Translations under genes and position numbers: made by a program
The notes under the pieces: model-generated
What the model saw: only the letters and a program-made list of their open reading frames with translations
Databases searched by the model: none
Told to the model about the DNA's origin: nothing
NCBI RefSeq assembly: GCF_006345805.1
Contig: NC_043003.1
Span: 62,062,001-62,126,000 of the forward strand
DNA: 64,000 nucleotides
Direction of reading: 5' to 3'
Source of the DNA: Octopus sinensis
Taxonomy: Eukaryota
Shown: piece by piece, positions 12,591 through 26,039 of the stretch
Layout: the number at the start of each line of letters is the position of its first letter
How positions within the stretch are numbered: position 1 is the first letter of the stretch

Positions 12591-12929
12591 GCTTATATTG
12601 AAATACTAGAAGTGTGTTCTGAAGTACATAAGAAGGTTTAAGTCACTATAACTATTTGAGGGAGCACATGCTTAGTATTTTAGGCAATTACAACTGTCAA
12701 ATTAAATGAAAAACAGTTTGGTTTATAACATTTCAAAAACATAAAGACATGATGTATGGGTTAAAACGTCCTCCACACTGATTACCATATCTGATAATGG
12801 TTATTCTTTTTCATTGCTGAGTCTTGAGGACCTTCATAGGTCTTCCTAAACTGTGAGACTGGTGTCATTAATTATCTTGAATCTTTGTAGATTAATACCT
12901 ACAGAAAAGACATGATCAGAAAGAGATTT

Positions 12930-14010
12930 TTAGAAGGCTGACATTCTGGGAAGAAGAAGAAGGGCTTAATGATTATTGTAGGCCCTGGAGGAGGGGTTGG
13001 ATAGGCACAAGTGACAAGAGGAGGAAAGGTGAGTATGTCTGAGTGGAGGTGGCTTAAGCCCAGCTAGCTCCAAGAAGCAGTGGCTGTTATAATATAAGTA
13101 GAAGAGGTGGAAAGAAGAGACTGTGCACCTATGAGCCAAAGCCTGGAGCATGTTTGTGAGAACCTTATACTCTTTTCTGGATGCCTCTTTGTGTGTAACA
13201 GTAACAGGAGCAATATGACATTGTAGATTTCACTCCATTGTGCTTTTCCATTGTGAGCTATGTAGATGATCACTTATTATTGGGGGTCTGAAGTATCTTC
13301 TGGCCCTGAAGAGAAGTCAGTCAGTGGGATTTGGTTCTAGCCATGTTAAGGATGTATTTTTGACATGAAAGATCTTTCGTGATGATGAAACCCAACAATT
13401 GGAACAATTGCAAAGACTCTAGTTGAGTACTGCTTATGATAGGGTGTGGTGCAATGATCTTTAATGAATAAGAGTATTGTTTGTTTTTTCTTGTTTTTGA
13501 AAGAGACAAGATTAGCATATTCCCATATGCTAATCATGCTTTCAAGGTCTCTATTCATGGTGTCAATTTGGGCTTGGTATGTGGTGTTTAGCTTGTGAGT
13601 GAATGATGCATACTTGGTGAATGTTAGGGAGGAATGCAGGATAGTGTTATCTGCATAAGAGTAAGTGTTGTTGGGTGTGGCAGCAGGTAAGTTATTGATG
13701 TATAGAAATAAAAAAAAAAAGTTGGAACAGAACTGAACTCTGGGGTGTGCTGGAGTTGATAGAACAAGGGAAAAAGGTGCTTCATCAACACACAATGATA
13801 ATGTGATCTGATAGGAAGCTAGTGAAACAATAGATGAGACAGGTGGAGTCTATGTGCGAATAGTTTCAGTAGAAGATTTGCATGCCAAAGAAGATCAAAA
13901 GCATGGCTGATTTTGAATTTAGCAACATTGTTTTCATTCAAATTTCTCCAAAGTTAGAGTCCAGAGAGTGTGATGGAGGAGAGCAGGTCACCAGTGGATT
14001 CATTTTTATG
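12930..14010 (-). mobile_element. CR1/Zenon-like LINE RT fragment, decayed
   Basis: ORF 13346..13795: LYINNLP...YSYADNTILHSS...NRDLESMISIWEYANLVSF. Upstream reads STGDLL...ISHAFDLLWHANLL (RT domain 3). Confidence 0.8.
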
Positions 14011-15711
14011 GAAACTATACTGATGGTCATTAATAAGAAAAAAATAAGAGTCAATTCTGAAATTCAAATAAATTAGTGATAATAGTACATTCAACTATTT
14101 TATTAGATAATGTAAAACACAAACTATATCAAAGAAGATTATATAAAAGAAAAAAACCTTATATGTTATAAACAGTGTAGCAAAAGTACACAAATAGATA
14201 TATTTTACATTGGACAGATCTGAACATTTTATCTAGTCACTTTAATATCATTTAATATCATTGAGATAAATTTTACACACTTGAAAATTCATGCTAATAT
14301 GCAATTAACTATGTAATCTTTGGGAAAGGTATCATTATTATTTTAATAAAAAATTTTTCATGCCAAAATAAACTATTATTATATTGACAGAGCTAGACAA
14401 AATTATTTTTTTAAAGCAATTAACCTTTCATAAATCTCTGATTAATCAGTCTATTCAATCCACCTATTACCTTACACGTTTCTTAATGAAAAAAGACATT
14501 ACATAATGTAATTAGTAAAGTCATGGTTTTGTGATCTACAGTATAAGTCTGTACATGACTCACAGTTTACATCTATATCCCTATGCCAGTGTATAAGTTT
14601 TTTTCCTTAAATTTTTATTTTGATTTAAGACAGTTGAATCTGTAGAATACATTGTTTAGTTTTATTTCCTAGAGTTTCAAGTTTAAATTCTGCCCAGCAG
14701 ACCAAACAACTTCATAAAGGTCATTTGTTGGTTTGAGAAAGCAAGGTCGAAAAGTTTGGTAAGAAGCAAAGTTAAAACAAATAAGATAGCTGGATGGAAT
14801 CTTTCATTTTGACAGGTTTTTATCATAAGGGCTTTAGATGGAGATTGATAATGTTGCCATTTTGATATTTTGATTTTTGTTATTTATGATTGTGTCTTGC
14901 GTATCAGATTTTCAGTGACATAGATGACTTTTGTTTGTAGTTTATATGTATAGTCTTCTGATACTTCTCTTTGCTTGAGTTTCCATTGATTCGTCAAAAT
15001 ACCTTTAAGTTTTTGAATGTCTACATCTGAAATATTTATTTCTTAATGATTAAGAATAAGACTGTTTCACAAAGTGCTGAGAATGTTTTATGAAAATTTA
15101 ATTTTGGATGATTTTATGTTTGACGATCAATACAATTTTCGAGAATAAAATTCATTTATGCATCAAATTTAGATTAAAAATATTTTATTACCAGGCTTTA
15201 AAACTATGTACTTGAATCTATTTCTCTTAGTCAATGAAAATGGGTCCAAAACTTAATGTTTTAAGCATCAGTCTATATAAGAACATACAAATATAAATAT
15301 CTAGTATGTACTGAAGAAAATAAACAAATGTTATGTAAAAAGAGAAAAACAAAACAATTCCACAAAATCCTTATATTGTATTTTCCAAAAATAATTTATT
15401 TTTATAAGAGAGCCAAAAATACTTATTCTAGTGCTCTTTTTCCTTACCCAGCTATAGTTTTTCTTCATTAAAATCAATAAGAATGAAGAAATATAACTAC
15501 ATTTACTGCTATAATTAATTTATTTAGAAATGGCACATCAATGACATGTTCATTGTGATAGTCACACTGGATAAGAGTGAGAGGGAAAAAGAAAACTTAG
15601 AAAATAATTCTATTTTATCTATTTTAATATCCAGCATAGTTTAAGTGAAAATGGAAATGGCTCAAGAACATGGTTTTTAAATGTAAAATTAAGGATAATA
15701 AACAATTCATA

Positions 15712-16168
15712 GACACAGACATAGCTGTGTAGTAAGAAGCTTGCTTCCCAACCACATGGTTCTGAGTTCAGTCCCACTTTGTGTCTTCTACTATAGCATA
15801 AACTGACTAAAACCTTATGAGGCAGAAGCTGAAAGAAGCCCATCATATATATCTGTGTGTGTTTGTGTTGGTGTTTGCCCCCACCACTGCTTGACAGCCA
15901 GAGTTGGTGTATTTATATCCCTGTAACTTACCGGTTCATCAAAAAAGGACTGATAGAATAAGTACATGTGTGTGTGTGTTTGTGCCTGTGTTTGCCCCCA
16001 ACACTGCTTTACAGCCAGTGTTGGTGTATTTATATCCCTGTAACTTAGCAGTTCAGCAAAAAAGGACTGATAGAATAAGTACATGGGGTCAATTCATTCG
16101 ACTAAAAGTTCCTCAAGCTGTTGCTTCAGCATGGCCACTATCTAGTAACTGAAACAAGTAAAAGATAT
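15712..16168 (+). mobile_element. tRNA-derived SINE family A with internal 117-bp tandem duplication
   Basis: Head GCTGTGTAGTAAGAAGCTTGCTTCCCAACCACATGGTTCTGAGTTCAGTCCC; ATTTATATCCCTGTAACTTA at 15911 and 16028; tail CAGCATGGCC...CTGAAACAAGTAAAAG. Confidence 0.85.
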
Positions 16169-17224
16169 AAGATATAAACACAGTAGTTCAGGCTTGCATG
16201 TTACATGTCAAGTTCCTTAAACTCTTAATCACAACACTTCTGCATTTGTTAAAAACTACTAATACAAGAATTTTGCTGATGGTATATTTATATTTCTTTA
16301 GCATATTTCATGTGACCCTTTGTTTTATTTGTATTTTATTTTTATAAGTTCATTTCGTTGCTGAGGTAACTTCTCTAAAAGCTGTAAAAATATTTGCTTC
16401 CAATAAATGATGAAGCATGCACAAAATTTTGCTTATAATTTAAAGCATAATATATAGATATTTATGTTATAATTCATCTATTTTGTAGTAGGATTTAGAA
16501 ATCAAAAGATCAATATATTGAGATACGAAGAATGAAAAGATAAGAGGATTAATTGCAATATTTAAAACACTCCTTCAATGCGAGAAATTTTGCGCAGTTT
16601 GTGATGCAATTAATTTTATTCAATATATCTCATTACAGATAAATATTCCCATATTTGGAAAGAAACATATTTCTACTATAATTAAATATCATCCAAATCT
16701 CCTTCCTATACTGGAAGGTGCACATCATGTTTGCTTAAAACAGAATTAACATACTTATTTAAGAACATAACTAAATGTAAGCATCATTTGTGTATGATTT
16801 TTCATATTTAAAGCTGTATCATTATGTTACAGTTATAAATATAAATGCAATTAGAATAATTTATTTGATTGATTATTATATTTTTAATAAAATGCATTTT
16901 AAACTTGTCAGTTCTTATTCAGTTTTCCCTTTACTAAGTGACAGCAAGGTTGAATCTAAATCAAAATCCTCAAAGTAATTTTCAGGCTTCACTGTACTGT
17001 GAAGCTAGAAATTACAAAGCTCTCTCAAATCATACCCTATTGTCTTAAGTAAGCAAAAATTGCATGAGATAATATATTCTACTCAATCCTAAAAAGTTAG
17101 GATAGTCACAACTGAAATAATTTTGATCATAGGTCCCCTCATTTTTGGAAATCTATTGTGAAAGTAAATCTTTCAACAAATATAAGCAGATAATCATTAA
17201 TACCATGTCATATCAAATAAGAAG

Positions 17225-17460
17225 TAAGACAAGAAATATATTCGTTTCTACTCTAGGCACAAGGCCCAAAATTTTAGGGGAGGGGGCCAGTTGATTAGAT
17301 CGACCCCAGTACACAACTAGTACTTAATTTATCGACCTCGAAAGGATGAAAGGCAAAGTTGACTGCAGTGGTATTTGAACCCTGAACATAAAGACAGACG
17401 AAATACTGCTAAGCATTTTGCCTGCTGTGCTAACATTTCTGCCAGCTCGCTGCCTTAAGA
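17225..17460 (-). mobile_element. tRNA-derived SINE family B (Deu/Nin-like central motif)
   Basis: The - strand has a tRNA-like head GGCAGCGAGCTGGCAGAAATG...GGTTCAAATACC and central GCCTTTCATCCTTTCGAGGTCGATAAATTAAGTAC. Related pieces at ~28950-29070, ~32360-32500 and 46375-46565. Confidence 0.7.
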
Positions 17461-20405
17461 TAAGAAATATATTATGAAATGTTTACTCAGCTTTAATTTG
17501 TTGCAATCCTGCCTAAAATTAAATATTTCATCCAATAACAAATGGTAAATAGCACTTGTATTATTTGGGATTTAAAAAAAAACCCACGTACATACACAGT
17601 ATAAAAATCTGATTTGTACTCACTACACTAAATTCCTTAGAATGAAGTCAAATTTTGTTCATTATGTTGCTTGAAAAATTAATAAAAATAGAAACAAATA
17701 TTCTGATATTTAACATCTGATTTTCCCTACTTGTATGTATTGAATAGCCATATATCTTATTTGTATATGTTTCATTTTCCATTTCTGACATATGATCTGA
17801 TCATCCGAAGCATGCTTTGGGCTATCTCTACTTGAAGCCTTGTCCTCTGCCATATGGACATTTGTCCCATATCAACTCTTATTCATTGCTGTTACTTAAT
17901 CAGTACCAGAGCAGTCATCTCTCTTGGACTTATTGTCTGCTGATTATATTACCCAAGAACATTCTCCCTTTGTTCTTAATATGACTCTTCTATTAAAATA
18001 GAATATTTAATATCTTATAATGTAGTCATTTCTTACCAATTGTGGCATATTCTCTGACTTAACTGTCCAAGTTTCTGAGCGAGCAAATGAGAGAGAGAGA
18101 GAGGAGAGAGTGGAAGAGATAGAGAAAAATATTCCCTAATATTTACTTTACAGTTTTTAGGTTAGTGTTGTAAAATAACTTGAAAGAGAATTAATTTCTA
18201 CAATGTCCCAATCATGGAATGAAGGATTGCACATATTTATTGCATCATGATCAAGTACATTGCAGCTGTGATCATTCAGTCTAATAACAAACGTATCTTG
18301 GATTACATTATTCATTGTGCACTTTTCTCATTTAAACAGTTATGCAATTTGAGGGCGATATGACTGAAGTATTAATTAGATGGATGATATTCATCTGAAT
18401 GTAATCAAAAATTCAAAAGCTAATTTAATGCAATAGTGGAACATATTTTGGATTGTGTCTGCTTCTGTCTAGGAGCTGTTTTATACAGAATACTGCAGAC
18501 TCTGCTTGCAAACTTCATTAGTTCTTTTAACTTAGCTCTTTGCTATATAGCTTGAACCATTTTCTTTTTCAGAATCACTTTGATACTTAGATTTTGCCTT
18601 ATTGTAATCTCTAAGTCTGCTTTACTGAAGCTTACACAGCCAAATTAGGTAAATGAATGATTAACATGATATCAGATAATTTTAGAACCTTCAGCATCTC
18701 AAAGACTGAGAGGTTTTTACAATCCATTTGCCTCTTTTTGTATCAGTCTTTTCTTGAACATTTTGTCTAGTCCCTATAGCTAATTATTCTAGTATTTCTA
18801 TTGTGATAAGACCTTTTCTTTCCCAGTTGATTAGAGTAATCTCTTATGGTAACTCTTGTATGCATCTTTTTTCCCCTTTATCATTGAAAACCAATTATTT
18901 TGAATATCTGCATCAACAGGATTCTGTTTTACAGTTTAAAGGCTTTTTTTTTTATTCCTCATTCTCACAAATGTTAGTATATCTACAATTGTGCATTTGA
19001 TTAACTTTTAACTTTTGTACCATACCATATTCTCATGCCTTTCAAGCAAGTTGGGTTACATTCTATGTTCTTAGATATACATTCTTGTAGCTATAACAAT
19101 CCTCTTATTTCTACATTATACTAATCTGAAAAGGATTGATAACTGAATATTGAGAAATTGTGCATGATACATTATTAACAATAATGATACATGTCTAGAG
19201 AAGAATGATCTAGAGGAAGTAGTGAGATAGATAAAAGAATTGTAAAACTAAAATATTGACAAATACAAATGCACTGCTTAGCTCTCTCTATACCTTTAGT
19301 ATGTCAGTATGTAAAGAATCTTAACAATTATAGTTTGAAGGAATCATTTCCTGGTATGTTCTTTTCTATAAAAACAGATGAAGAAACTTTATTCAACTTT
19401 AATAGATTTTATAAATTAATTCTATTTATGTTTTATTGTTAAACTTATTTTGAAACAACTTATTTTAAATCCTAAGCTCTTCATGAAGTTTGCTTGTGTA
19501 AAGTTATTAGAGATCATTCTTTTAATAAATTTTTCTATATTTTTATATACTTTCAAAAGGCTATTTCTAAATTGTTTGTTCTTTAAAAATCATAATTTCA
19601 AAAGTAGTTTAATTTTCTTTTTATAAAATGCAACCTAGAACAACTTTTTGTTCGCATTGAAATAGATACTACTGAATTTAAAATTAGATTGCATGGCTCG
19701 TCACTAGATGTACTTGGCTAAGAAACAAAATAATTTTGGGGAGTATGTGAAATTTGAAGAGACTTAGAAATAATGTGATATTGATTACAACATAAAAAAT
19801 AAAAAAAGAAGCAGCTACTATGCATTTTGAAAATGTCGAGACAAATTAGTAATTCAACTCAAGTGAATTTTTTCTTTTTTACTGTAGGCTACATGCTTCA
19901 TTCAGATCCAGTTTAATTTTTATTTTATTTTTCACTATACTAAAGCAAGAAAACATCTTACTAGTGCACAACTGATATTTTATAATTGGTTTGGAAATAT
20001 TGCTAAATAAGGAATGTAGAATAAGGAAAATAAGGAAACATATAAATAAGTTTGAAAGTAATATATCAACCCTCACTTATCTGGTATTAATTATAGATAT
20101 ATATGAATGACTTTTTAAGCTTATAATATTCAGAGATATTTACGTCATTTATATTTATATAATTTATTGGTCTTACTGTGTTGAAAATAAAATTCTATGC
20201 TTTGTGGTACCATGTTCAAATCTATTTACTGTTTACATTTCCTCTTTTAAAGTAAATAAAATGTGTTTCTCTTACATACTAGAGCCAACAGAGTATTTTG
20301 TAATTGCACCCTTCATTATATCTGTTATCTGTTCATCAATAAAGTCTTTCATTGTAAGACCTTGTTTGGCCTTTCTATCAAGGCCTGTGATGAAGTCTTC
20401 AGTCC

Positions 20406-20449
<44 letters not shown>

Positions 20450-20510
20450 TGCACACACCCATAGATGCCTTTTTCTCCTAGCATATATTTTCTTCCACCT
20501 ATACATATGC

Positions 20511-20818
20511 ATGGAGGCACATGGCCTAGTGGTTAGAGCAGCAAACTCATGGTTGAGGGATCGCGGGTTCAAATCTCGGACCGGGTAGTGTGTGTGTTTA
20601 TGAGTGAAACACCTAAGCTCCACATGGCTCCAGCAGAAAGTAATGGCAAACTTCTGCTGATTCTTTCACCACAACTTTCTCTCCCTCTTTCCCCCTGCAA
20701 CTAGTAGCTCACCTTTGACGGACTAGCATCCCATCCAGGTGGGGAACCTATACACCAATGAAACTGGGAAATCAGCCCTTATGAGCCAGGCATGGCTTGA
20801 GAAGGAACAAGCAGCAAC
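20511..20818 (+). mobile_element. tRNA-derived SINE family C
   Basis: A box TGGCCTAGTGGTTAG, B box GGGTTCAAATCTC, 3' GACGGACTAGCATCCCATCCAGG...ATGAGCCAGGCATGGCTTGAGAAGG. Second copy at 30836-31140. Confidence 0.8.
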
Positions 20819-20971
20819 ATACATATGCATAAAATTTTAACTGAGTTTTAATCATCTTAATTTAAATAAGTCATTCTTATCTGAGGGCCTGCATATAGGT
20901 CCTGCTTTTCCATATCAGATGAATTATTTTGAAAAAGCATAACAACCACAAGAATTATGCAATATATATAG

Positions 20972-21290
20972 GTATGGCGTAGCACCTTCATCAAGTGTCT
21001 TCTATAGCCTCAGACTAATCAAAGCCTTGTGAGTGGATTTGATAGATGGAAACTGAAAGAATCCCTTCATATGTGTGTGGGTTTCTGTGTGTCATTGTGT
21101 ATGTTTTTCTCCCACCACTACTTGATAACTAGTATTGGTGTGTTTACATCCCCATAACTTAATGGTTTTACAAAAGATACTGATAGAATAAGTACCAAGC
21201 TTTACAAAAGTAGGTACTGGGGTTAATTCATTCAACTAAAAATTCTTTATTCATGGCTGCAGTATAATGACTGAAACAAATAAAAGATAT
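20972..21290 (+). mobile_element. SINE family A copy (head partly deleted)
   Basis: CAAGTGTCTTCTATAGCCTCAGAC...GGATTTGATAGATGGAAACTGAAAGAA...GACTGAAACAAATAAAAGA. Confidence 0.75.
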
Positions 21291-21589
21291 GTTATTTGAG
21301 TTTATGGCTGTGTAGATAAGGAACATATTTTGCAATCATGAGATAAGGAGCATATTTTGCAATCATGTTGACTAAGTGTCTATCATATATTACTATCACC
21401 AATTTTAACAGCCCTTGTTTCATACTTGCATAAATGAAATGAAACTTGCTGAGAAAGATTTTCTATAGTTGGATGTTCAATTATGTTTCCAAGAAAGCTA
21501 ATATTTGCCTTAGTTCTTCAAATACAAGCAGCTTAATGTTTCCATAGAAGAGTGGAAATTTGTGAGTACTGCTTACTTACAGTTAGAAC

Positions 21590-22650
21590 ATCACTTTGAG
21601 ACAAGGAGTTGCACATACACATGCACGCACAAGCACATGCACACACACACACACACACACCCATTACATCAATGACATGGGGGACATCATCAAACATTCT
21701 ACATTGAAAATCTTTGCCGATGATTCCAAACTCCAGAAAGCCATAAACGGTATAGGAGACCAAACATGCCTTCAGTCAGATTTGTTTGCTGTTGTCCAAT
21801 GGGCAGAAAAAAAACAATATGCTTCTGAATGAAGATAAGTTTGATCTGAACCACTTTGGAAAAGAGGACACTCTTAAATTACCATTTGCTTTTTTCTCGG
21901 GTGACTCCCTAGTGTTGTCCAACAATACCAGAGACCTTGGAGTAATTGATAACAATCTAAGCTGGATTTCCCACGTAAACAGCAAGGTTGACTTGGCCCG
22001 CAAGATGTACCCCTGGATTCTGAGAACTTTCCAATCTAGAGATGTGTAGACCATCATCCTTTTCTACTCTACTATTGCCTGACCCCACCTTGAGTACTGT
22101 TGTCCACTGTGGCCTCCCCATACGATGCAACTCATTATGAAAGTGGAAGCACTCCATAGGACAATGACAAGAAAGATAGATGGCATGAGAGGCATTGAAT
22201 TATTGGGGTCGACTAAAAAACTCAATCTCTACTCTTCCCAGTGCTGCCAGGAATGCTACATCATTTGTGTGATATAGAAAATATTCCATCTATATTGCAC
22301 AAATGATGTTGGCATCACTTTTAAAATCCATCCAAGACTTGTTCCCCATGCTATCTGCCCCCTAAAAAAATCAAATTCAGGACACATAACATTATTTCAC
22401 AACTACTTTACCTCAACCGTTCCAGCTCTCTTTAATACCACACAAAAATGCATCAATACAGAAATGGATCCCTTAAAATTCAAAAGTTCACTGGAAAAAT
22501 TTCTTCAAAAAATCCTGGCCCAACCTCCTACACCCAGATATGTCTCCAACAATAATAACTCTTTGTTAGAGTGGGCCATGGTGCCCCATATATGGAAAAA
22601 AGACTTCACCAGGTAGTTCTATAAGTTAGAGATGGCCTGGGTCTATACTG
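21590..22650 (+). mobile_element. CR1-like LINE 3' fragment (RT and C-terminal region), decayed
   Basis: YINDM...LKIFADDSKL...LQSDL...WAEKNNMLLNEDKF...RDLGV...LSWISHV...WILRTFQSRD...PHLEYCCPLW, broken by frameshifts. Confidence 0.85.
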
Positions 22651-22704
22651 GCCGAAAACTATCAAAGTTAGTTTTATATGTGTGTGTGTATGTATATATA
22701 TATA

Positions 22705-24752
22705 TTTTTTTTTTTTTTCTTGTTTCAGCTCAGAGCTGCGGCCATGCTGATGCACCGCCGTTTTGTGCTACACTGTTATTACGAAGAACCTCCTCTAATA
22801 TGTGGCACTTGGTGAAGAATGGAGTTTGATATAGCTACTCTCATTTGCACCTCTTGCCATGAGGTAGGTTCATCTGGGACTCTCAACAGAAAGATGTCCA
22901 GCTTTGATTTAAAAACCGCTACATCTACTTTGTGCAAGTTCCTCAGACTCTTCAGGAGAATATTAAAAAGCTGTGGGCCCTTGAAACCCAGGCTGTTGCA
23001 GAAGCTGGTCCTGAAGCATGATGGAATTGCTGGGATCTTTGGCACTATGCAGTGTCGTCCCGTTCTAGCATTGGTGTAGCTTACAATGCCAAAATTTGGC
23101 ACAATTCCTTCCGGGATCTTCCAGACATATATTACTGCATAGCTCTCCCGTCTTCTCTCCAGGGAGTAGAGTCTTAGCTGTTTCAACCTTTCCCAGTAGC
23201 TGAACTGTTGCAAAGAGACGATCTTCTTTGTGAATCTTCTCTGGATTGCTTCAAGGTCCGCTGTTAATTTTACACTGGTGGGTGACCATAGCTGTGAGCA
23301 GTAATCCAGGCGGCTGAGGACGAATGTCCGCCAGAGGACCATCATGGTTTCCTTATCTCTGGTTCTGAATGTTCTTAGGATCCATCCAGCCAGTCGACTG
23401 CACTTTGTCGCCATCCTGGTAATGTGCACTTGGAAAGAGGTATCCTCACTCATCTCGATACCCAGGTCCCTCACAGACTTTGGCTCTGGGATTGAAATTC
23501 CCTGTGGACCAGTGTATCCTGTAAGTTTAATATTCAGTTTTGGATGCTGGTAGCACAGGGTCTGGAATTTTTCAGCATTAAACTGCATATTATTATCCTC
23601 AGCCCATCTGTAGATTGAGTCCAACTCCTGCTGCAGGTGTGCAACATCACTGGGGTTCTGTATTTTCTGTGAGACTTTCGTATCGTCTGCATAGCTTGCC
23701 AGAGTGGCCATCCGGGCATTTGAGGGCATATCTGAGAGGGCCACTATAAAAAGTAGTGGTCCCAAGACAGTGCCCTGTGGAACACCACTCACTATTTGTG
23801 TGTTCATAGAGGTGGCTCCATTAACCACACTGCCTGACTCCTATCTTTCAGGAAGTCATGTAACCACACTCCAAGTTTTCCAGCTATGCCGAGGTCACGC
23901 AGTTTGTGGCATATCATACCATGATCCACCTTGTCAAAAGCTTTTGCAAAATCAAGGTAGATTACGTCCACATTTGATTTGTTGAGTAACTGCCTCAACA
24001 CCTAGTCATAATGTTGTAAGAGCTGGGTCAGGCAGCTCCTACCTGATCGAAAACCATGCTGGGTATCACTCAGCAAGTTATTTTCCTCAAGGAATGCGAT
24101 TAGTTTCTTTCTGACTATCCGTTCCATGACTTTGCTGATGTGTGAAGTCAGAGAGATAGGCCTATAGTTTTTGGCATCTGCTCTACTTCCCCCTTTATGT
24201 ATTGGGCATATTATTCCCTCCTTCAGCTTGCTTGGCAGTTTGCCATTTGTAAGAAAGCTCTGGAAGAGAATCTTGAGGGGTTTTGCCAGGGCATGCTTAC
24301 ACGCCTTGAGGAGGATTGCTGGGAAACCATCTGGACCAGCAGCTGAGTTTGTGTCCACTTCATCTATGGCTTGTAGGACATCTTTTTCGCTAATGTCAAT
24401 GCATTCTATTGTAACCTCCTCACTGGTTATAGGTGAGGTGGCAAAGGAGTTCACTGGTTCGTTCACTTGTTTGTGTTCCAACGGGGCAGTAAAGACACTT
24501 TTGAACTGGTCATTCAGCATCTCACTGATCTTAGTTGGACTGTCTGTGAGGGAGCCATCCGTTTGTAGGAGGGGTCTTATCTTGTAGTGCACTGAGACTA
24601 TTTCTTTCGCATAATGAAAGAAGGCCTTTGGGTTTGATTTAATGTTTTTTATAACGCAGGCTTCTTTGTCTGCTTTCTCCCTCACATAGGATTGTTGTAG
24701 CCTTTTTTCGATCTCTATCAGTGTTGTTTTTAGGCGGGACGTTTCGCTACTT
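22705..24752 (-). mobile_element. CR1-like LINE, 5'-truncated, near-intact RT, short 3' UTR and poly(A)
   Basis: NYRPISLTS...QHGFRSGRSCLTQLL, DVIYLDFAKAFDKVDH, SGVPQGTVLGPLLF, SYADDTK. The ORF is broken only by a TAG at 24002-24004 and a frameshift near 23826. Poly(A) at 22705-22718; (TA)n on both flanks. Confidence 0.95.
22779..23828 (-). pseudogene. Reverse transcriptase C-terminal part of the CR1-like LINE (349-aa ORF)
   Basis: Contains PQG and YADD motifs, RDLG, LDYCSQLWSP and LYSLERRRE. Confidence 0.9.
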
Positions 24753-24952
24753 TTATATATATATGCATATATTTGTATGTATGTGTGTGTGTGTATACAT
24801 ATATTCAACAGACTGCTTTCTGTTTCCTTTCTACCAAATACACTTGCATTGTTTTAGTTGGCCAGAGTGCAGTGGCCTAAACCCTGCAATCGTTGTTACA
24901 AAGTGAACTTCATAATCACACAACCATTTTTGTGCTTATATACATGTGTGAT

Positions 24953-24984
<32 letters not shown>

Positions 24985-25589
24985 TCTCTCTGTATAAATA
25001 AATAAATATATATATATATATCATTTCTATGGCTTTTCTGTATCCATAGCCTTTTCAGACACTCCTTAGAATAACAGTGACAATAGTTAATCTTCAGTTT
25101 GAATTTTTGTATGTTTGTTAGTGAAAGGAAAATTTGTGCAGGAAAATGGTTTTAGAAAGTGCAACTCTACTTAAAACGGCTTTGGATAAGTCTAGTGAAT
25201 AATGAACAAGATCAATGCTGCAAGTTAGGTAATTGGAATTTTGTACTCAAAGCAAGTCCAGAGGTACAGAGACTATTGTAAAAGCAGTAAAAGAGATAAA
25301 TGGTGCATACACATACATTAGATGAGAACATACATACATATATGTGTGTGTGTGCCCCCCACCCCTCCCCATTTAATGTATTTGTACATATCTAGCTGTG
25401 GGAAGACCTTTCACCATGGAAATCGTCTCAGAAAATCTTATTCATAGGCAATGTGTGTTAAACCATATTTCCACCCTGAAAGATCTTAACCATGTCTGAG
25501 TGTATACAAATGTGTTAAATACAATTGCATTGTACACACATTTATTTCATTCAATGATGCTTCATGTGCCTTATATATATATATCTTTC

Positions 25590-26005
25590 TTTTTACTTGC
25601 TTTAGTCATATGACTGCAGCTGAGGTGGGGTAGGGGGTTGCCACGAGGGATTTTAGTCAAAAAAATCAACCCTAGAACATATTTTTGCAGCTTAGTACTT
25701 ATTTTCTTGGTTTCTTTTGCCAAAGCACTAAGTTATGGGGACATAAAAAAGACCAACACTGCTTCTCAAGCAATGGTGGGGGACAAACACAAAGACACAC
25801 ATAAATATATACATACATAAAATATATATATATATATATATATATATGACAGACTTCTCTTAGTTTCTGTCTACCAAAATCCATTCACAAGGCTTCGGTT
25901 GGCCTGTGGCTATAGTAGATGCCTAACATGCCACACAGTGGGACTGAACCCAAAACCATGTGGTGGGGAAGCCAGCTTCTTACCACACAACCGCACATAG
26001 TGTAT
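25590..26005 (-). mobile_element. SINE family A copy
   Basis: GTGGGACTGAACCCAAAACCATGTGG, TTCTGTCTACCAAAATCCATTCACAAGGCTT, central (TA)n, tail TTTAGTCATATGACTGCAGC. Confidence 0.8.
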
Positions 26006-26039
26006 GTATTTTATATCTGTCTTTCTGTGCAGGTATGGT

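Noticed and set aside
14700-15180. Possible Penelope N-terminal ORF remnant on the - strand
   Set aside because: Too decayed; no RT or GIY-YIG motif adjacent.
16639-16717. AG/GT-bounded open 79-nt segment (INIPIFGKKH...) as a possible SPO11 exon
   Set aside because: Only the first four residues resemble SPO11 and the donor is weak; chance is likely.
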